Positions 1 to 18,880 are shown, counted from the first letter of the stretch. The stretch: DNA of 64,000 bases from the human T2T-CHM13v2.0 reference genome, Homo sapiens (GCF_009914755.1 NC_060938.1), one strand, 5' to 3'. The notes: generated by a model from the sequence alone, not told the origin. A program made the numbers and translations.

Positions 1-99
1 TCTCTTGCTATTATGAATTCTTATAGTGTATTTTAATTTTTTAAGGAATCCCTTTAAGCTGAGGTAACAAACAATTTAAAAATAGAGTAAAGTCAAGAA

Positions 100-670
100 G
101 AATTCAAGGATAACTCCTAAGCCTAAATGGGGAAAGGCCTGGGATAGAGCAAATTTGGAGCACATGGGAAAATAGTTCTGCATATGAAATGAAAGGGAGT
201 GGTCTGAACTGATGACATAAATCTAGGTGTCACATGCACAAAGATTAAAGCACAAAGATTAAAGCAATGGGATTAGACTACATCACTGAGAGGGAAGACA
301 GGGAAAGCCAGAAGATTGATCCCTTAAGCATGTCAACACTTAGAGGTCTGAAAGGGAAAAGCTAGCAAAAGACTGAGAAAGAACGGTGAGTGAGTAAGAG
401 GAAAACCAGGAAGGTATAGGTGTCACAGAAGCCTAGGGCAAAAGGTTTTCAAGGGCTGAGTACTAGTGAAGACTAGGTAAATACTGTTGAGAGCTCTGGT
501 GAGATGTAGGACATTGGTGGTCTTTATAAGAGCCATTTCAATATAATGTTAGGGACAAAAGTCTTACTTATATAGGTTGAGAAGACAATGTGAGGTGAGA
601 AAGTATAAACAACAAATAACTTTTTTGAGTTCAACTCTCACCAGGAGCAGAGAAATGGGGTGGCAGTTAG
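100..670 (-). mobile_element. LINE-2 fragment
   Basis: L2-like purine-rich motifs (gactgagaaa...gaaaaccagg...tgtcacagaagcc...ttttcaagg). Confidence 0.6.
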
Positions 671-1775
671 AGAAAGCGTGGGTCATGGTGGGGGTGTTTT
701 GTCCGTTTGTTATAAACCTGACTGTTGTTATGGTTTCTATGTTAATTAATAAGAATGATCCAGATGGACAGAAAGTAATTATATAGAACAGAAAGAAGAT
801 AACTCCAAAAGCAAAACCCTAAGAACATGAAGCTGATAGGATTCATGGATTAAATGAAAAGGTTGAAATTTAATAGGAGCAGGCACTAGGGACAGTGGGA
901 TTCCAATTTTCTTCTAAACACCATTCTACATTTTTCAGATGTCTACATGCACGTTATTACTCAGAAGAAAAAAAAGTTACTTCTAAAACATTCCTGATTC
1001 AAAGAATACAAGGCAAAATACATATAGCCAAACCAACATATTAAAAATATATATTTCCTAGAAAAATAGAAACTATTTGACCAATTACAAAAAAATCATT
1101 GTAACGAAATAAAATATTTTACCCATTATTTTACAAAACCGTGAATAATAGCATCATGAGGGATCATTAATCAATAGATATTGTAAATATTCTCTTTATA
1201 TTGACCTTACTATTTTCAAATACAGTAACTACACACTTTTAAGTAGTAAAACAGACCATTTTAACTACAGAATGGAAAAATGGTTCATTTGATAACAGGT
1301 TAAAATAAGTGGGACAGTCTGCTAAGAAGGTTAAATGGATAACTTTATCAATCTTCTAAGCATGTGTCTTTATAATCAACTATTTTTTATGTTCTCAAAA
1401 AAACAAAGGAAAATGAGATTAAAACAAGAGCCTTTGTTTAGACAGAATGTCATAACTGTCACAGACACTAAACTCTGGAATAAGCTACAGTCTACAGAAT
1501 TATAATCACTTCTGGACATTGTTAAAGACGTAAAGAATAATCATATGCTTTGGAGGATTTGATTAACCAAATGGCTGGACAAAATGATCTGAAAGTCTCT
1601 TCCATCTCCTTTAAAAAAAAAAATTTAACAATCTTCTAATACAGCCTACATGGTATCTAGCATATAGTAAACATTCATAAATATTTTAAGCGAATACATT
1701 AATAGGTTGAGATGTCCATTCTTTTAGTTAAATTCTTATATTTAGTAACTATATGCATTTTTTTAGTTATTTTCA

Positions 1776-2024
<249 letters not shown>

Positions 2025-2248
2025 TTACTGATTTTAATATTAAAACAGGTGTTTACTATTAGCAAAAATATTTGATTACAAACTATTAACAACATAACAA
2101 AACATGTTATTATAAGAATGTTCTAATTTATATCCCTCAGGAAAGGAATCCTATTCACAAAATTTATCAGCTGCCTAAAAATAAAATTCCACAAGAAAAA
2201 AAATTTAAGAAAGAAAAAAAAAATTTTTAAGTTAAAGTAAGAAAAGGA

Positions 2249-2370
2249 TGGCTGGGCATGGTGGCTCACACCTGTAATCCCAACACTCTGGGATGGCTTG
2301 GGGCCCAGGAGTTGGAGACCAGTCTAGGCAACATAACAAGACTTTGTATTTAAAAGGAAAAAAACAAAAA
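2249..2370 (+). mobile_element. Alu left-monomer (FLAM-like) fragment
   Basis: ggctgggcatggtggctcacacctgtaatccc...A-rich end. Confidence 0.85.
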
Positions 2371-2549
2371 GACAAAAACCCCTTGCTCAAATCTAAGTTA
2401 TTCAGAGGCTGACGCCAGGTAGTAAAACTATGACCATTCTTTGTTTTTAATCTTCACACGTCTGACCATATCTTTGGGCTTTTTTATTACTACTCATTAC
2501 CAACACCAAAGATTCTAAGAACATATAAAAATAAATTACAGATTTTCTA

Positions 2550-3234
<685 letters not shown>

Positions 3235-5013
3235 ATGACTTAAAAATTGTACTGGGAAGGGTCTACACTGGTTTAAAAAAAAACAACCACATATATACCC
3301 ATATAATTTCTTAATATTTAATATCTTCCCTATACCTAAGAAACATTCTCCAGATTTTGTTTCACTGCTTCTTTCTCCTTTCACTTTCCTTCCCTTCCAC
3401 CTACTCCTCACATGAAAGAAATCAAAAAGAGGGAGAGTTAGGCCTGAATAATGGACAGTTACACTGGGTCTTTGATAAAACTGATTAGGATCAGCCAGAA
3501 AGTATTCCCACTTGTCTTTAGTCACTTCTCTTAAATTCCTCCAACCCTCAGGTCTTAAGTGCCTATATGTTGCTCCTGCCTGGGACTCACTCAACAGCTT
3601 TCTCCCAACATGTCATTCACTGAAATTCTGATTCCTATTCTGTTTTCAGGATCCATAATTCATTGAGAGGCTCTTGCATCCCTTACTACTTCAGTCATTC
3701 TTGTTTACTCACAGAAATGACCAATTGGTAAATGTTAGGTAATATTTTGGGGATGAAGACTTCCCTTAAATTTGGTCTATGCTACCTTTTAGAAGATTAT
3801 CAGACTTTGAAAACCCAAGACAAAAAGTATTCCAGGGTCCTCTGCTTCCTATTTCCAGGAAAGGAAGAAAGATGGAAATGTCCAGATCTCTCTGAAGATC
3901 TAAAAGCCCAACAAGAAGGCTTGAGGCAGGGAGAGAAGAGAAAGTGTGCAGAATTTAGTCAAATACTTAGGCTAATGCCCTCCATCACTTTCCTATTAGT
4001 TTCTGCTACAAAAATGACAAAACAAAGAATTTTACATGCCTTAAGACAAGCAGACCTTGCCTTTTCCTGGTTCTCCAGGATCTCACCAGAGGTTTTAGGG
4101 AAGTCTCTCCTCTGTAAGCATGGAGTTTCTGGGTTATAGATCAATCAGCAATAAAGGATCCTCAAAACAAAAACAACAACAACAAAAAAAAAAACAGAGC
4201 AGCTCTGAAAAAGAAAGCTGATGCTTTAAACAAAGTTCTCATGGGCAAAAATATGAATTTCCACATCTCAATATTAATCATCCTTCCAAGTTAAGCTAAA
4301 AGGCCACCTCCTCCTTCAAAAGATATATAAAATCATCCATTTGGAAGGACTCCTTTAAGTTTCCTTTAAATTCTGTATATTTCTCACTTTCTGTTCTGTG
4401 TTGTTTATGTATATTTCACATCTCACCCTTTTAAAAGCTCCTTGTAAGAGGGATCCATGTCAGTCACCTGTATCCTCCTAAAGTTCCCTGCACACAGCAC
4501 TCTAAACACACAGACTTAAAAATATCTATCAAATCAACAGGAAGATGGAGGGATAGATTCCACTGCTCCAGGTGGAAAATATTCTGTAAGGTAAATCAAA
4601 TGAGTTTATTTTCTATTTATCTGGTCTGGCCCCATAAAATTGTTCTCAGGTGATGATACCATACTGCAAGACTAGCTAACTGGTAAAATAACCTCAGATG
4701 AAGTCCTTCTGGTACCACTATAATTAGGTCCCCTTATGTCAAATGGAAAACTAACCAGCCTTACATGTAATTCTACCCACTGCAGGGTTCCAGAATAAGT
4801 CTCTATTCACCACAAATAAATGACTATTTGCAAGGCCAATATAAAAATATTATATACTTTTCACCAACTACTCGTAGCACAATATTAATTTCTTAGCTAT
4901 CCCAAAACTTACCTAACAAAAAGAATAACCCAATAAAATAGATACCATAAAAAGAGCAATAAAAAAGGAAAAATGAGGCTCAATGCTACTGGCCACACAA
5001 GAAAAGAATATGG

Positions 5014-5300
5014 GTCTGTCTGGATGTGGCAATCTTAGCACTTTGGGAGGCCAAGGCAGAAGAACTGCTTGAGGCTAAGAGTTCAAGACCAGCCTGGGCA
5101 ACATAGCAGGAAACCATCCCTACCAAAAAAAAAAAAATTAGCTCGGCATGGTGGCACACTCCTGTAGTCCTAACTACTCAGGAGGCTGACTAAGCCCCGG
5201 AGTTCCAGGTTACAGTGAGCTATGATGGAGCCACTATACTTCAGCATGGATGACATAGGGAGAGCCTGTCTCTAAAAAAGGAAAAAAAAGAAAAGAAAAG
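5014..5300 (+). mobile_element. AluJ-like element next to the exon 15 donor
   Basis: Diverged Alu dimer with A-rich tail. Confidence 0.85.
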
Positions 5301-5324
5301 AATATGGACCTTTTACCTACTTAC

Positions 5325-5402
5325 CTGTGGATAAAGGGAGAAAGTTTCTGAAAATCTGAAGGAACTTGGGTCATCTTTATGATATTCTCCAAATTTCTGA
5401 CA
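5325..5402 (-). CDS. SEC23A: SEC23A exon 15 (78 nt)
   Basis: CQKFGEYHKDDPSSFRFSETFSLYPQ; tttAG / GTAAG. Confidence 0.96.
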
Positions 5403-5732
5403 CTAAATAAAATAAAATGTGTTAGTAATTTATTTCCTGGAATAAAAGCTAACACTGTTGCCTATAAATATTCTATTTACAAGAAGTTACCAATCATCAG
5501 GAAGCAGATACTTGATAAAGAATAAAATTATAATATTACTTATAGACTTACCAAGAGACAAAACCAAAGAAAAAACATCTAAATTTCAGAAACAAACACC
5601 ACATTGTCCCAATGTAATTAATAACTCACCTTAAAATATTTGGATATTTTTTAACTAAGTGTCTCTCACAACAAATAAAGAGCTCTTAGATAACAACAAA
5701 AAAGCTCAACACGTGCCTTAAAACACCAAAAA

Positions 5733-6740
<1,008 letters not shown>

Positions 6741-8247
6741 AAAAACAATTTTTTGAACACCTGTAAAATGCTCTAGTATCAACTACTTGAGTCACGAGGA
6801 GCAGTCCTTATTTACAACCCAACCAAAACACTAATACCGGTGGAAAACAGACTGAAGCATAAAGAAGGTATATCCAAGACCCACTATTTGAGTTATTCAG
6901 AAGTAATAAAACTGGGCAGATAAAGCAACAGTAATGATTTTCCTGAGGAAAATAACATCCCTTACAAAAAGGCTAATTCCTTCTTTAATTCAGTAATTAT
7001 TTATGCATAAAGGCAGCCACATAAAAGGACCCTAGGGGTCAATGCCTAACCTCTATAAGAAAATGGTAATGACAAAAGCGGTATCTGTAAAAACAGTAAA
7101 GCTAAAGTGTTTCATCCCATTGGTGCAGCAAGAGAAAACCTGGCTTGCAGGGAAAGTCCCAATAGTCTTAAGACAGAAGATTTCCTGAGTCAAGTCTGAT
7201 TAGATGAAGTGTTTACCCAGGATGGCTAGCAATGCAGCTGAAGGGAGAACACAATTAGTGGTTGATGGGTAAACCAAAGGTCAGAGATGAATCAGCCATC
7301 AATTTTAAGTTGTGAAACAGAAAAGGCCAGGAGTCAAAAAGGAAGCCGGGAGCAGTGGCACAGGCCTGTAGTTCCTGCTCCTTGGGAGGCTGAGGTGGGA
7401 GGATCACTTGAGCCCAGGAGTTCAAGTCCAGCCTGGGTAAGTAATATGGCAAGATCCCATCTCAAAAGAAGGAAAGAAAGGAAGAAAGAAAGAAAGAAAG
7501 AAAGAGATGAACAGATCCCTGAAGTTGGATGCACAATGGATCCGAACAAGGGACTGAGAATAGAGGCAGTAAATCATGTGTGGATACCAGTATCTTATGT
7601 GATAAATGACTTAGGTGATAACGCACTTTAGTTTCAGTAGCTATTCTAGGATAGCCTCATTTTCTTGTACTGACAACTTCACTGCTGAATTTTTAGCTAT
7701 TACAACAACAGCAACACAAATAGAGAAAAAGTTAATACTGTTTAGGTATTAAAACTTTTTGTAAGTTTTTTCCTAATCAAAAACCTAGGAAATTATACTA
7801 ATAAATTTCTTTCCCTCAATTTAGCATAGTAATATGTTTTCTTTTCCTTGATGACTTACTAGAGTAACTTTAATTAAAAAGAAACATCATTTTTTGTGTA
7901 CTGTTTTGGAGACAGTGTGCATTACAGAGCCAAATTGGTGCTGGCACCATGTCTGTTTTGGATACCTTTAACATGACAGGAAGCCCTTGCTTCCTTCAGT
8001 CATTATCATAAAATGGGGCCACAAGACTAATCTGGTCTCTAGCCCCAACTGCCCTGCTGCTGTTGTAAATGCTGCAGAATGTAGAATGTGTAGATTAGAA
8101 GTAAAGTACACTGTGAGGTTTATGTAATTTTGTACTTTTTGCAGTTGTCTCATTTAATTAATTACTAGGCCCTTCTGTTTTACATTAGTGCTTACATTTT
8201 ACAAACATGTCAAATAATGTGGCAATTTTTGAAATTGAGGTGTGAGA

Positions 8248-9014
8248 CAAAGTCATGGAATCAACCTAAATGCCCATCAATAATAGACTGGATAAAGAAA
8301 ATGTGGTACATATACACCATGAAATACTATGCAGCCATAAGAAGGAACAAGACTAGCCGGGCGTGGTGGTTCATACCTGTAATCCCAGTACTCGGGAGGC
8401 CAAGGCAGGCAGATCACTTAAGGCCAGGAGTTCGAGACCAGCCTGACCAACATGGTGAAATCCCGTCTCTACTAAAAATACAAAAAAAAAATCACCTGGG
8501 TGTGGTGGCACACACCTGTTATCCCAGCTACTTGGGAGGCTGAGACAGGAGGATTGCTTGAACCTGGAGGAGGAGGTTGCAGTGAGCCGAGATCGTGCCA
8601 CTGCACTCCAGCCTGGGCGACAAGGCGAGGCTCCTTCTCGAAAAAAAAAAAAAATGGAACCAGATCATGTCCTTTGCAGGGACACAGATGGAATTGGAAG
8701 CCATTATCCTCAGCAAACTAAGACAGGAATAGAAAAGCAAACACCACATGCTCTCACTTACAAGTGGGAGCTGACTGATGAGAACACATGGACACATGGG
8801 GGGCAACAACACACACTGGGCACCTGTGGGGAGTGAGGGGAGGGAGAGCATTGGGAAGAATAGCTAATAGATGCTGGCCTATAATACCTGGGTGATGGGA
8901 TATCTGTGCAGTAAACCACCATGGCACACGTTTACCTATACAAAAAACCTGCACATCCTGCACGTGTATGCCTGAACTTAAAAGTTGAAAAAAAAAAATT
9001 AAAAAACAATCTCA
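8248..9014 (+). mobile_element. 5'-truncated L1 (L1PA/PB) 3' end with a nested AluS at ~8355-8653
   Basis: L1 3' motifs (atggaatcaacctaaatgcccatca, tatacaccatg, gcacatcctgcacgtgta), poly(A), 16-bp TSD aaattgag(g/a)tgtgaga at 8232-8247 and 9015-9030. Confidence 0.9.
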
Positions 9015-9099
9015 AAATTGAGATGTGAGATAAAAGATATAAAAGAGAACAATTCTAGACATAAGTCTTCAGAGAATCCTGATAATTCTGAAGAATTAC

Positions 9100-10500
<1,401 letters not shown>

Positions 10501-10521
10501 GAAGCATTAAGAACTGAGCTT

Positions 10522-10960
10522 AGCCAGGTGTGGTGGCTCATGCTTGTAAAATCCCAACACTCTGGGAGACTAAGGTGGGAGGGGTGCTTGAGCATAGCAG
10601 TTTGAGACTACCTTGAGCAAAATAGTGAGACCCAGTCTCAACAAAATTTTTTTTAAATTAGCCAGGTATGGTGATGGTGGCTCATGCCTGTAATCCCAAC
10701 ACTTTGGGAGAATGAGGTGGGAGAGTCACTTAAACCCAGGAGTTCCAGACCACCTTGGGCAACATAAGCAGACTCCATCTCTACAAAAAAATTTTAAATT
10801 TGCCAGGTGTGGTGGTGTGTGCCTGTAGTCCCAGCTACTCAGGAGGCTGAAGTGGGAGAATCACTTGAGCAGGGGAAGTCAAGGCTATGATGAGCCATGA
10901 TCATCTCATTGAACTCCAGCCTGGGTGACAGAGTGAGACCCTGTCTCAAAAAAAAAAAAA
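10522..10960 (+). mobile_element. AluJ-like trimer (left-left-right monomers)
   Basis: Two consecutive left monomers, one right monomer, then poly(A). Confidence 0.8.
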
Positions 10961-11154
10961 GGGACTAAGCTTAATCAAGTGCTCTGTGTCATAATGTAAG
11001 TACAGTAATGGTGTTCTGGCATGTTAAAAATCTAAGTAAATCAACACTACTAATAACTTTATTAGCACACGACTTGGTAATCTAGAACCAGATAATACAG
11101 ACTTGTCTATATTTTGCATGTTAATATGCATAATTTTTCTACCCCAGTTCATTT

Positions 11155-11413
11155 CTTTTTTGACACAAGGTCTCACTCTGTTGCCCAGGCTGGAATGCAG
11201 CAGCACAATCACAGCTCACTGCAGCCTCAAACCTCCTGGGTTGCAGTGATCCTCCCGCCTCAGCCTCTGGAGTAGGTGGGACTACAGGCACACAGTACCA
11301 TGCCTGGCCAATTTTTTTTTGGAGAGACAGGGGTTTCGCCATGTTGCCCAGGCTGATCTTGAACTCCTGGTTCAAAGTGCTGGGATTACTGCCATTAGCC
11401 ACCATTCCTGGCC
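11155..11413 (-). mobile_element. AluJ
   Basis: Reverse Alu consensus. Confidence 0.85.
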
Positions 11414-11674
11414 TAATTTCTTTTAAGAGATGCACATATAATAGTTCCATTAAAATGAAAGTAAAAAACTAAAGCCACAGCAATGAAGAAATATGTAAAA
11501 AAGCACTAAAAATTGTTACAATAATATAGAATTAAATTGGGAACTAACCTCATTCCAGCCAATAAGAATAGAAAAATAATAGGTTACATAATTGTCACTC
11601 TTACATTTTAAGGAAAAAAGGCAATCTAGTTTACTGGAAGAGATTAATGAGTTCTACTATTCATTACTGTGCTA

Positions 11675-12022
<348 letters not shown>

Positions 12023-12081
12023 TCATAGTTGGCTACCACACAAATTTAAATTTAAAAGATAAAAGATACAGAAACTACTAG

Positions 12082-13105
<1,024 letters not shown>

Positions 13106-13150
13106 TACTTCAATATTTCAAAATTCCAATATTACTTAGACAAATTAGCT

Positions 13151-14340
13151 TTTTTTTTTTTTTTGGAGACAGAGTCTTGCTCTGTCACCCAGGCTGGAGT
13201 GCAGTGGAAGGATCTCAGCTCACTGCAACCTCTGTCTCCTGGGTTCAAGCAATTCCTGTGCCTCAGCCTCCTGAGTAGCCAGAACTACAGGCTCCGGCTA
13301 ACTTTTTTGTATTTTAGTAGAGATGGGGATTCACCATGTAGCCCAGGCTGGTCTTGAACTCCTGAGCTCAGGCAATCCACCCACCTGAACCTCCCAAAGT
13401 GCTGGGATTACAGGCGTGAGCACCACACCAGGCTCAAATTAGCATTTTTTTAAATCACTAATAGCAGTTTTAGTATAGCATTCACTGTTTTTCAGAAAAA
13501 TATAACCAAACCTAAAGAAATCTTCCAAAGTAAGTGTAAAGGCAGCTCTCCAACCACATTCCTTAAAATATTAATATTTTTACTAGTCCAGTCAGCATGG
13601 TGGCACACATCTATAGTCCCAGTTATTCAGGAGGCTAAGGTGGGAGAATCACTTAAGCCCAGAAGTTTTAGTTCAGCCTGGGAAACAGCAAGACCCTATC
13701 TCTAGGCTGGTTGCGGTGGCTCACACCTGTAATCACAACACTTTGGGAGGCTGAGGCAGGCAGATTGCTTGAGCTCAGGAGTTCAAGATCAGCCTCAGCA
13801 ACATGGTGAAACTCTGTCTCTACTAAAACTATAAAAATTAGCCAGGCATGGTGGCACATGCCTATAATCCCAGCTACTCTGGAGATGAGAACTGCCTTAA
13901 CCTGGGAAGCAGAGGCTGCAGTAAGCCAAGATGGCACCACTGCACTCCAGCATGGGCGACAGAGCGAGACTTTGTCTCAAAAAAAAAAAAAACTTTAAAG
14001 TCATAAAATAAGGAAGTTTTTAAAAAACAGAGATTTTTTTAAGAGACAAGGTCTCACTCTATCACCCAAGCTGGAATGAAGTGGCATGATCATGGTTCAA
14101 GTGGCACAATCATGATTCACCTCAAACTCCTGGGCTCCAGCAATCCTCCCACCTCCGCCTTCTGAGCAGCAGGACTACAGGCACGGACCACCATGCCCAG
14201 CCAATTTAAAACAATTGTTTCAGAGGTGAGGGTCTCACTATGTTGCCCAGGCTAGTCTCCAACTCCTGGACTCAAGTGATCTTCCTGCCTCAGCCTTCCC
14301 AAAACACTCGGATTATAGGCATGAGCCACCGCACTTGGCC
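13151..14340. mobile_element. Alu cluster (13151-13434 -, 13588-13703 +, 13705-13992 +, 14035-14340 -)
   Basis: Alu consensus matches. Confidence 0.85.
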
Positions 14341-14964
14341 AATAAAAGATTTTTACAAGTAAAAACAATAGGATATACGTGTGCCCACACACATAGATAT
14401 GCAAGTCCCTATATCCAACTTTAAAATTTCATTTATTTAATTTTGTTAAAGCAGAAATATAGAAATACAAAAATAAAGGTTTTCTCTCAACCTAAGTAAT
14501 TCTTGTTTATTCCACTGGAAAATGAATAAAGTGTCGGAAGTTTCTCATTGGTCTTTCAATCATTAGTGATAAAAATCAAATAATTAAAATTACTTTGTAT
14601 TCTTTTATTTCCATGTTAATACACTGACTAAAACCAATTAAAAGTTAATAAGTAAAAACTTCAGTCTAAGGGATTAATTTGATACTACACATAAAATAGC
14701 AGCAATTTATTAAATCCAAATGCTGTATAAATCCAACTGATCCTGGGTAGACTCAGATCAAACTGAACCTAGGTAGACCCAGCAATACATTTTATCTGTT
14801 TGTTTGTTTGTTTAATATTTCAGATATAGTGACTGGCCAGACATACTTATAGACTTCCTGAAAATAAGTGCTGAACCACTTTTACATGTAAGAGTGATGA
14901 GTGATCCTAAGGGAATTCAGGCAGCAGCATGTTTAAAATTCTTCTCCCTTCTTTCTGTATTTTT

Positions 14965-15278
<314 letters not shown>

Positions 15279-15945
15279 TTCTTTCTGTATTTTTAATTTT
15301 CTTTCAATAAGCAAAATAATTATTAAATGTTTCCCAGATGGTTGAAACGTGTGAATTATCTCAGTGTAGTAAACAGTAAGAAGCAAAAAAGACTGAGAAT
15401 GTGTAAAAGAAGACATTGGTAATTTTGAAAGTTATGTTTTAATGCAATTTAAAGACTTCATGATTATACTAATAGTTTGGTTTAGTGTTTTATTAATTAT
15501 TTTAGTTTTAATTTTAAAAATCAAAGAATTTAAAACAACACTGTTTGAATCAATACTTTCTAAACTTGAATGACGGTATTTATTTGCTTTAAACTGAACT
15601 ACAAAGGTGACTTTTTTAATTCTGAAAATATAATGGTGCAGGAGAGGAAATACATTCCAAGTGAACACATGCAAATTTACTAATTATTATTTGTTTAGAC
15701 ATAAATTAAAAGGTGGGCTCTTAAAGTCAAGTTTAAAGGGCTTCTTGACATTGTAAAAATCTGTCTTCTACATTTCCCGTATCCCTTCACTGTGATTCTT
15801 ACAACTAGTTTAAACCAAAATTCCTAGATCAAAGTCATTTTGTACATGAAAAATAGAGTAACTTTGTCTTCTCAGGAGCCTTTATTTTCATATGGCTTAT
15901 TCACTTAACAAAAACACTTGTCTAGGCCCCTAAAGTCATAGTCCT

Positions 15946-15981
<36 letters not shown>

Positions 15982-16189
15982 AACAAGGTGCTCTGATCAT
16001 TGGAAATGGTTGGGATAAGTTAACTTGAAAAGACGGATGCTTTTGGTAAGACACAATGCTATAAATGGCACCATAACACACATATGTCTCTACAAATAGC
16101 CTCATAAATTCTGTGCAAACTGAAAATATATAAGCCCATAATATTTCTCATAAGACAGCACCCTGTCTCTTGAAAGAGTCACCTAACCT

Positions 16190-16740
16190 TTTAAAATTTT
16201 CATTTTAAAAATATTTCAAACATAAAGACAGTAAGAGTGGAATAAACTCCTATATAACCATCACCTAGATTCATCAGTTGTTAGCATTTTAACACATCTG
16301 CATTATCATTCTCTCTCTCCATTTATATACACATTTTTTGCTGAACTTTTCTAGATTAAGTTGGAGATATTATGACCTTCTGCCTGAAATACTTCAGTGT
16401 ATATCTCCTAAGAACAAAAAATTTTCTTATATAGCTCCAATTATTAAACTCATGAAATCTAACACTGATATAATGCCATTATCATATAGAAAGAGACTAT
16501 ATTCATATTTCCCCAATTGTCTAATAATGGCTTCTAAAGCAAAATTTTTCCCTGACATTTGCATTTTGTCCATGATCACACATTGGCATTAGTGGTAATG
16601 TTTCTTTAGTATCCTTTAATCTGGATCAGTTGCTCAGACTTTCTTTGTCTTCCAAGACATTTTTGAATAGTACAAACCAGTGACTTTGTAAGTTGTAAAA
16701 AGTCCTTCATTTGGTATGTCGTTGTTTCCTTAAGCAAATG
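16190..16740 (-). mobile_element. Old L1 (L1MC/ME) 3' fragment
   Basis: ccatcacctagattca, cctgaaatacttcagtgtatatctcctaagaacaa motifs. Confidence 0.65.
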
Positions 16741-17637
16741 TTCTGAATGTCAAATTTAATGTGTGCACACACATGTGTGTGTGTGTGCACACACGTTGAG
16801 AGCCATAAATAAACTGAGAAGTTTGCCAAGCATCAGTACTTCCAAGTTCCTTATCTGAAATCTGAATAAATCTAAGGGAAGGTTCAGCTGACATTTTTTC
16901 TTCAAATGAATAATGTATCCCCTTGACATTGTTCCAGGATGTTAAGTCAAAGCAAGGTAACAGAACAGAACACTAAATCTATGTACAACCCTGTGCTAAG
17001 TAATAGATCACCCAATACAGCTAATACTCAGTTCAAATGTTGTGTTCATGTCCATCACTCAACAAAAGTCTTAAGATTTTCAGGAATGAAGCTAGAGTTT
17101 AAGTACACTTAATGAAAATGAGAGCTACAAATGCCTTCCTTGTCCATTGTCGAGACCATGACTAAACTGGGTAAGTTTACTGATCAACACTTTTCCTATC
17201 CAGACAACCAAGTTCAAGACAAACAGAAATAAAGACCAAAGCCTGTTCATTTCTAGATTCACCTCATCTAAAAAACCTCTTCCTAACTAAACTCATTCCA
17301 CAATTATTTTCCTTTTGTTTTATACTTCACAAATACACAGAGATACCAAAGTAGCAGAGAAATAATTTATTCGTAATTCTTAATAAAAAGAAAGGTACTA
17401 AATTCAGTTAAATTTGTTGTCTCTGCAAATGCTGGGCAAAGAGCCCATGAACAAATACATGCCTTATTTGGAAAATCTATCACAAAGATAGGAATAAGAA
17501 AAGGTATCTGTTGGGCCTTATTATTCCCTTCTGGGGACCCTGCCTATATCAATAAATTAGAACATGACTATGTTACACAAAATACTACCCTATAATTGAA
17601 TCTGTTAGATAGAGACTTTACCTTTTGTGGTCTCAAC

Positions 17638-17910
17638 AAGTGCTAGTCAAAGTGTGGTATGTGAACCAGTGCCATGAAGTCAAAAGAGGAACTGAGAATA
17701 AATATTTAGAAACTGAGCAACTTCACAAAATAATCTTATATCTTATTAATCTAATAATATAAAACAGGGAGTTTGTTTTAAATCACTTTTTAAAATTTCA
17801 TTTTTCTAGTAATTCATTTTTATTGTATTTAATAAAAGCATCTGTACCCGAAGGATTAGGAAAAAAAACACAACTGGCCCTTTACCACAGACAATGTGAG
17901 GATGACTCTA
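17638..17910. mobile_element. Probable hAT-Charlie non-autonomous (MER) element
   Basis: aagtgctagtcaaagtgtggt terminus resembling MER5-type ends. Confidence 0.45.
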
Positions 17911-18433
17911 TACCACACTGTCATACAGCAGGAGGCTAAGTACGTTCACGGCTTCCGCATTCATACTCTCCTAAAACAGAACCTACTCCACAAAGCAGAA
18001 GCTGAGTAATGGCATAATAAATGAATTAAATGACTAATAAAACTTGAAAAAAAAATAGCTAAGAATTTTTATCACTAATTGAAAAGTAATGTGATTAATT
18101 ACTGTGCTATATCATTTATATATATAATGGATTATATATATTATTATTGACTATTATAGGTAAATATCTGATTTTTCTCCTCTCACAGGAATGAGGTAAA
18201 TAAAATAATATTTTGAAGGGTGTGTCTTAGAAGTACTTTTTAAAATTGCTCTTACGGTTCTTAGTAATGCATATTGTAGCAAATAAGCTGGGTTAGAAAG
18301 AAATAAATAAAATACTATTAGTCACAAATATTCACTTGCTAGTCATGGATGTCACCCAAAATAGGAATCCAGTTTGGAAACACAACCCAGATACCTGTGA
18401 TATGAAAATCAAATCTCTAACAAATACAACTTA

Positions 18434-18577
<144 letters not shown>

Positions 18578-18880
18578 TTACTATGCTGTTGTCATATAAT
18601 CACAGGCTACATGTCCTAGCACTAAAAATAATTCATTCTAAAATTGATTAGAAGGATACTTATTTCCAGTGCATTCAAAACAGTTATAATTTGTTACACA
18701 GAAGAGGAGAAATTAATTTGGAGAGGAGGAAAATAATCAAGAATGATAGAAGTCAGTCCTGCTAGGAAATCAATTTTCAAGTAATATATAAGCCAGAGGG
18801 ACATGAAAGAACAAAGAAAAGGGAGAGCACAAAGAAATTAAAAGACAATTCCTAAGTGAAGCCATTTAAGCCAAACTGCA

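Noticed and set aside
3732-4139. 135-aa + strand ORF in non-Alu intron 15 sequence
   Set aside because: No recognisable domain, no promoter or splice context, antisense within an intron; length is compatible with chance
6950-7660. Non-Alu, moderately GC-balanced stretch considered as a pseudogene or exon
   Set aside because: No recognisable protein homology or convincing splice-site pair; may be an unrecognised ancient repeat
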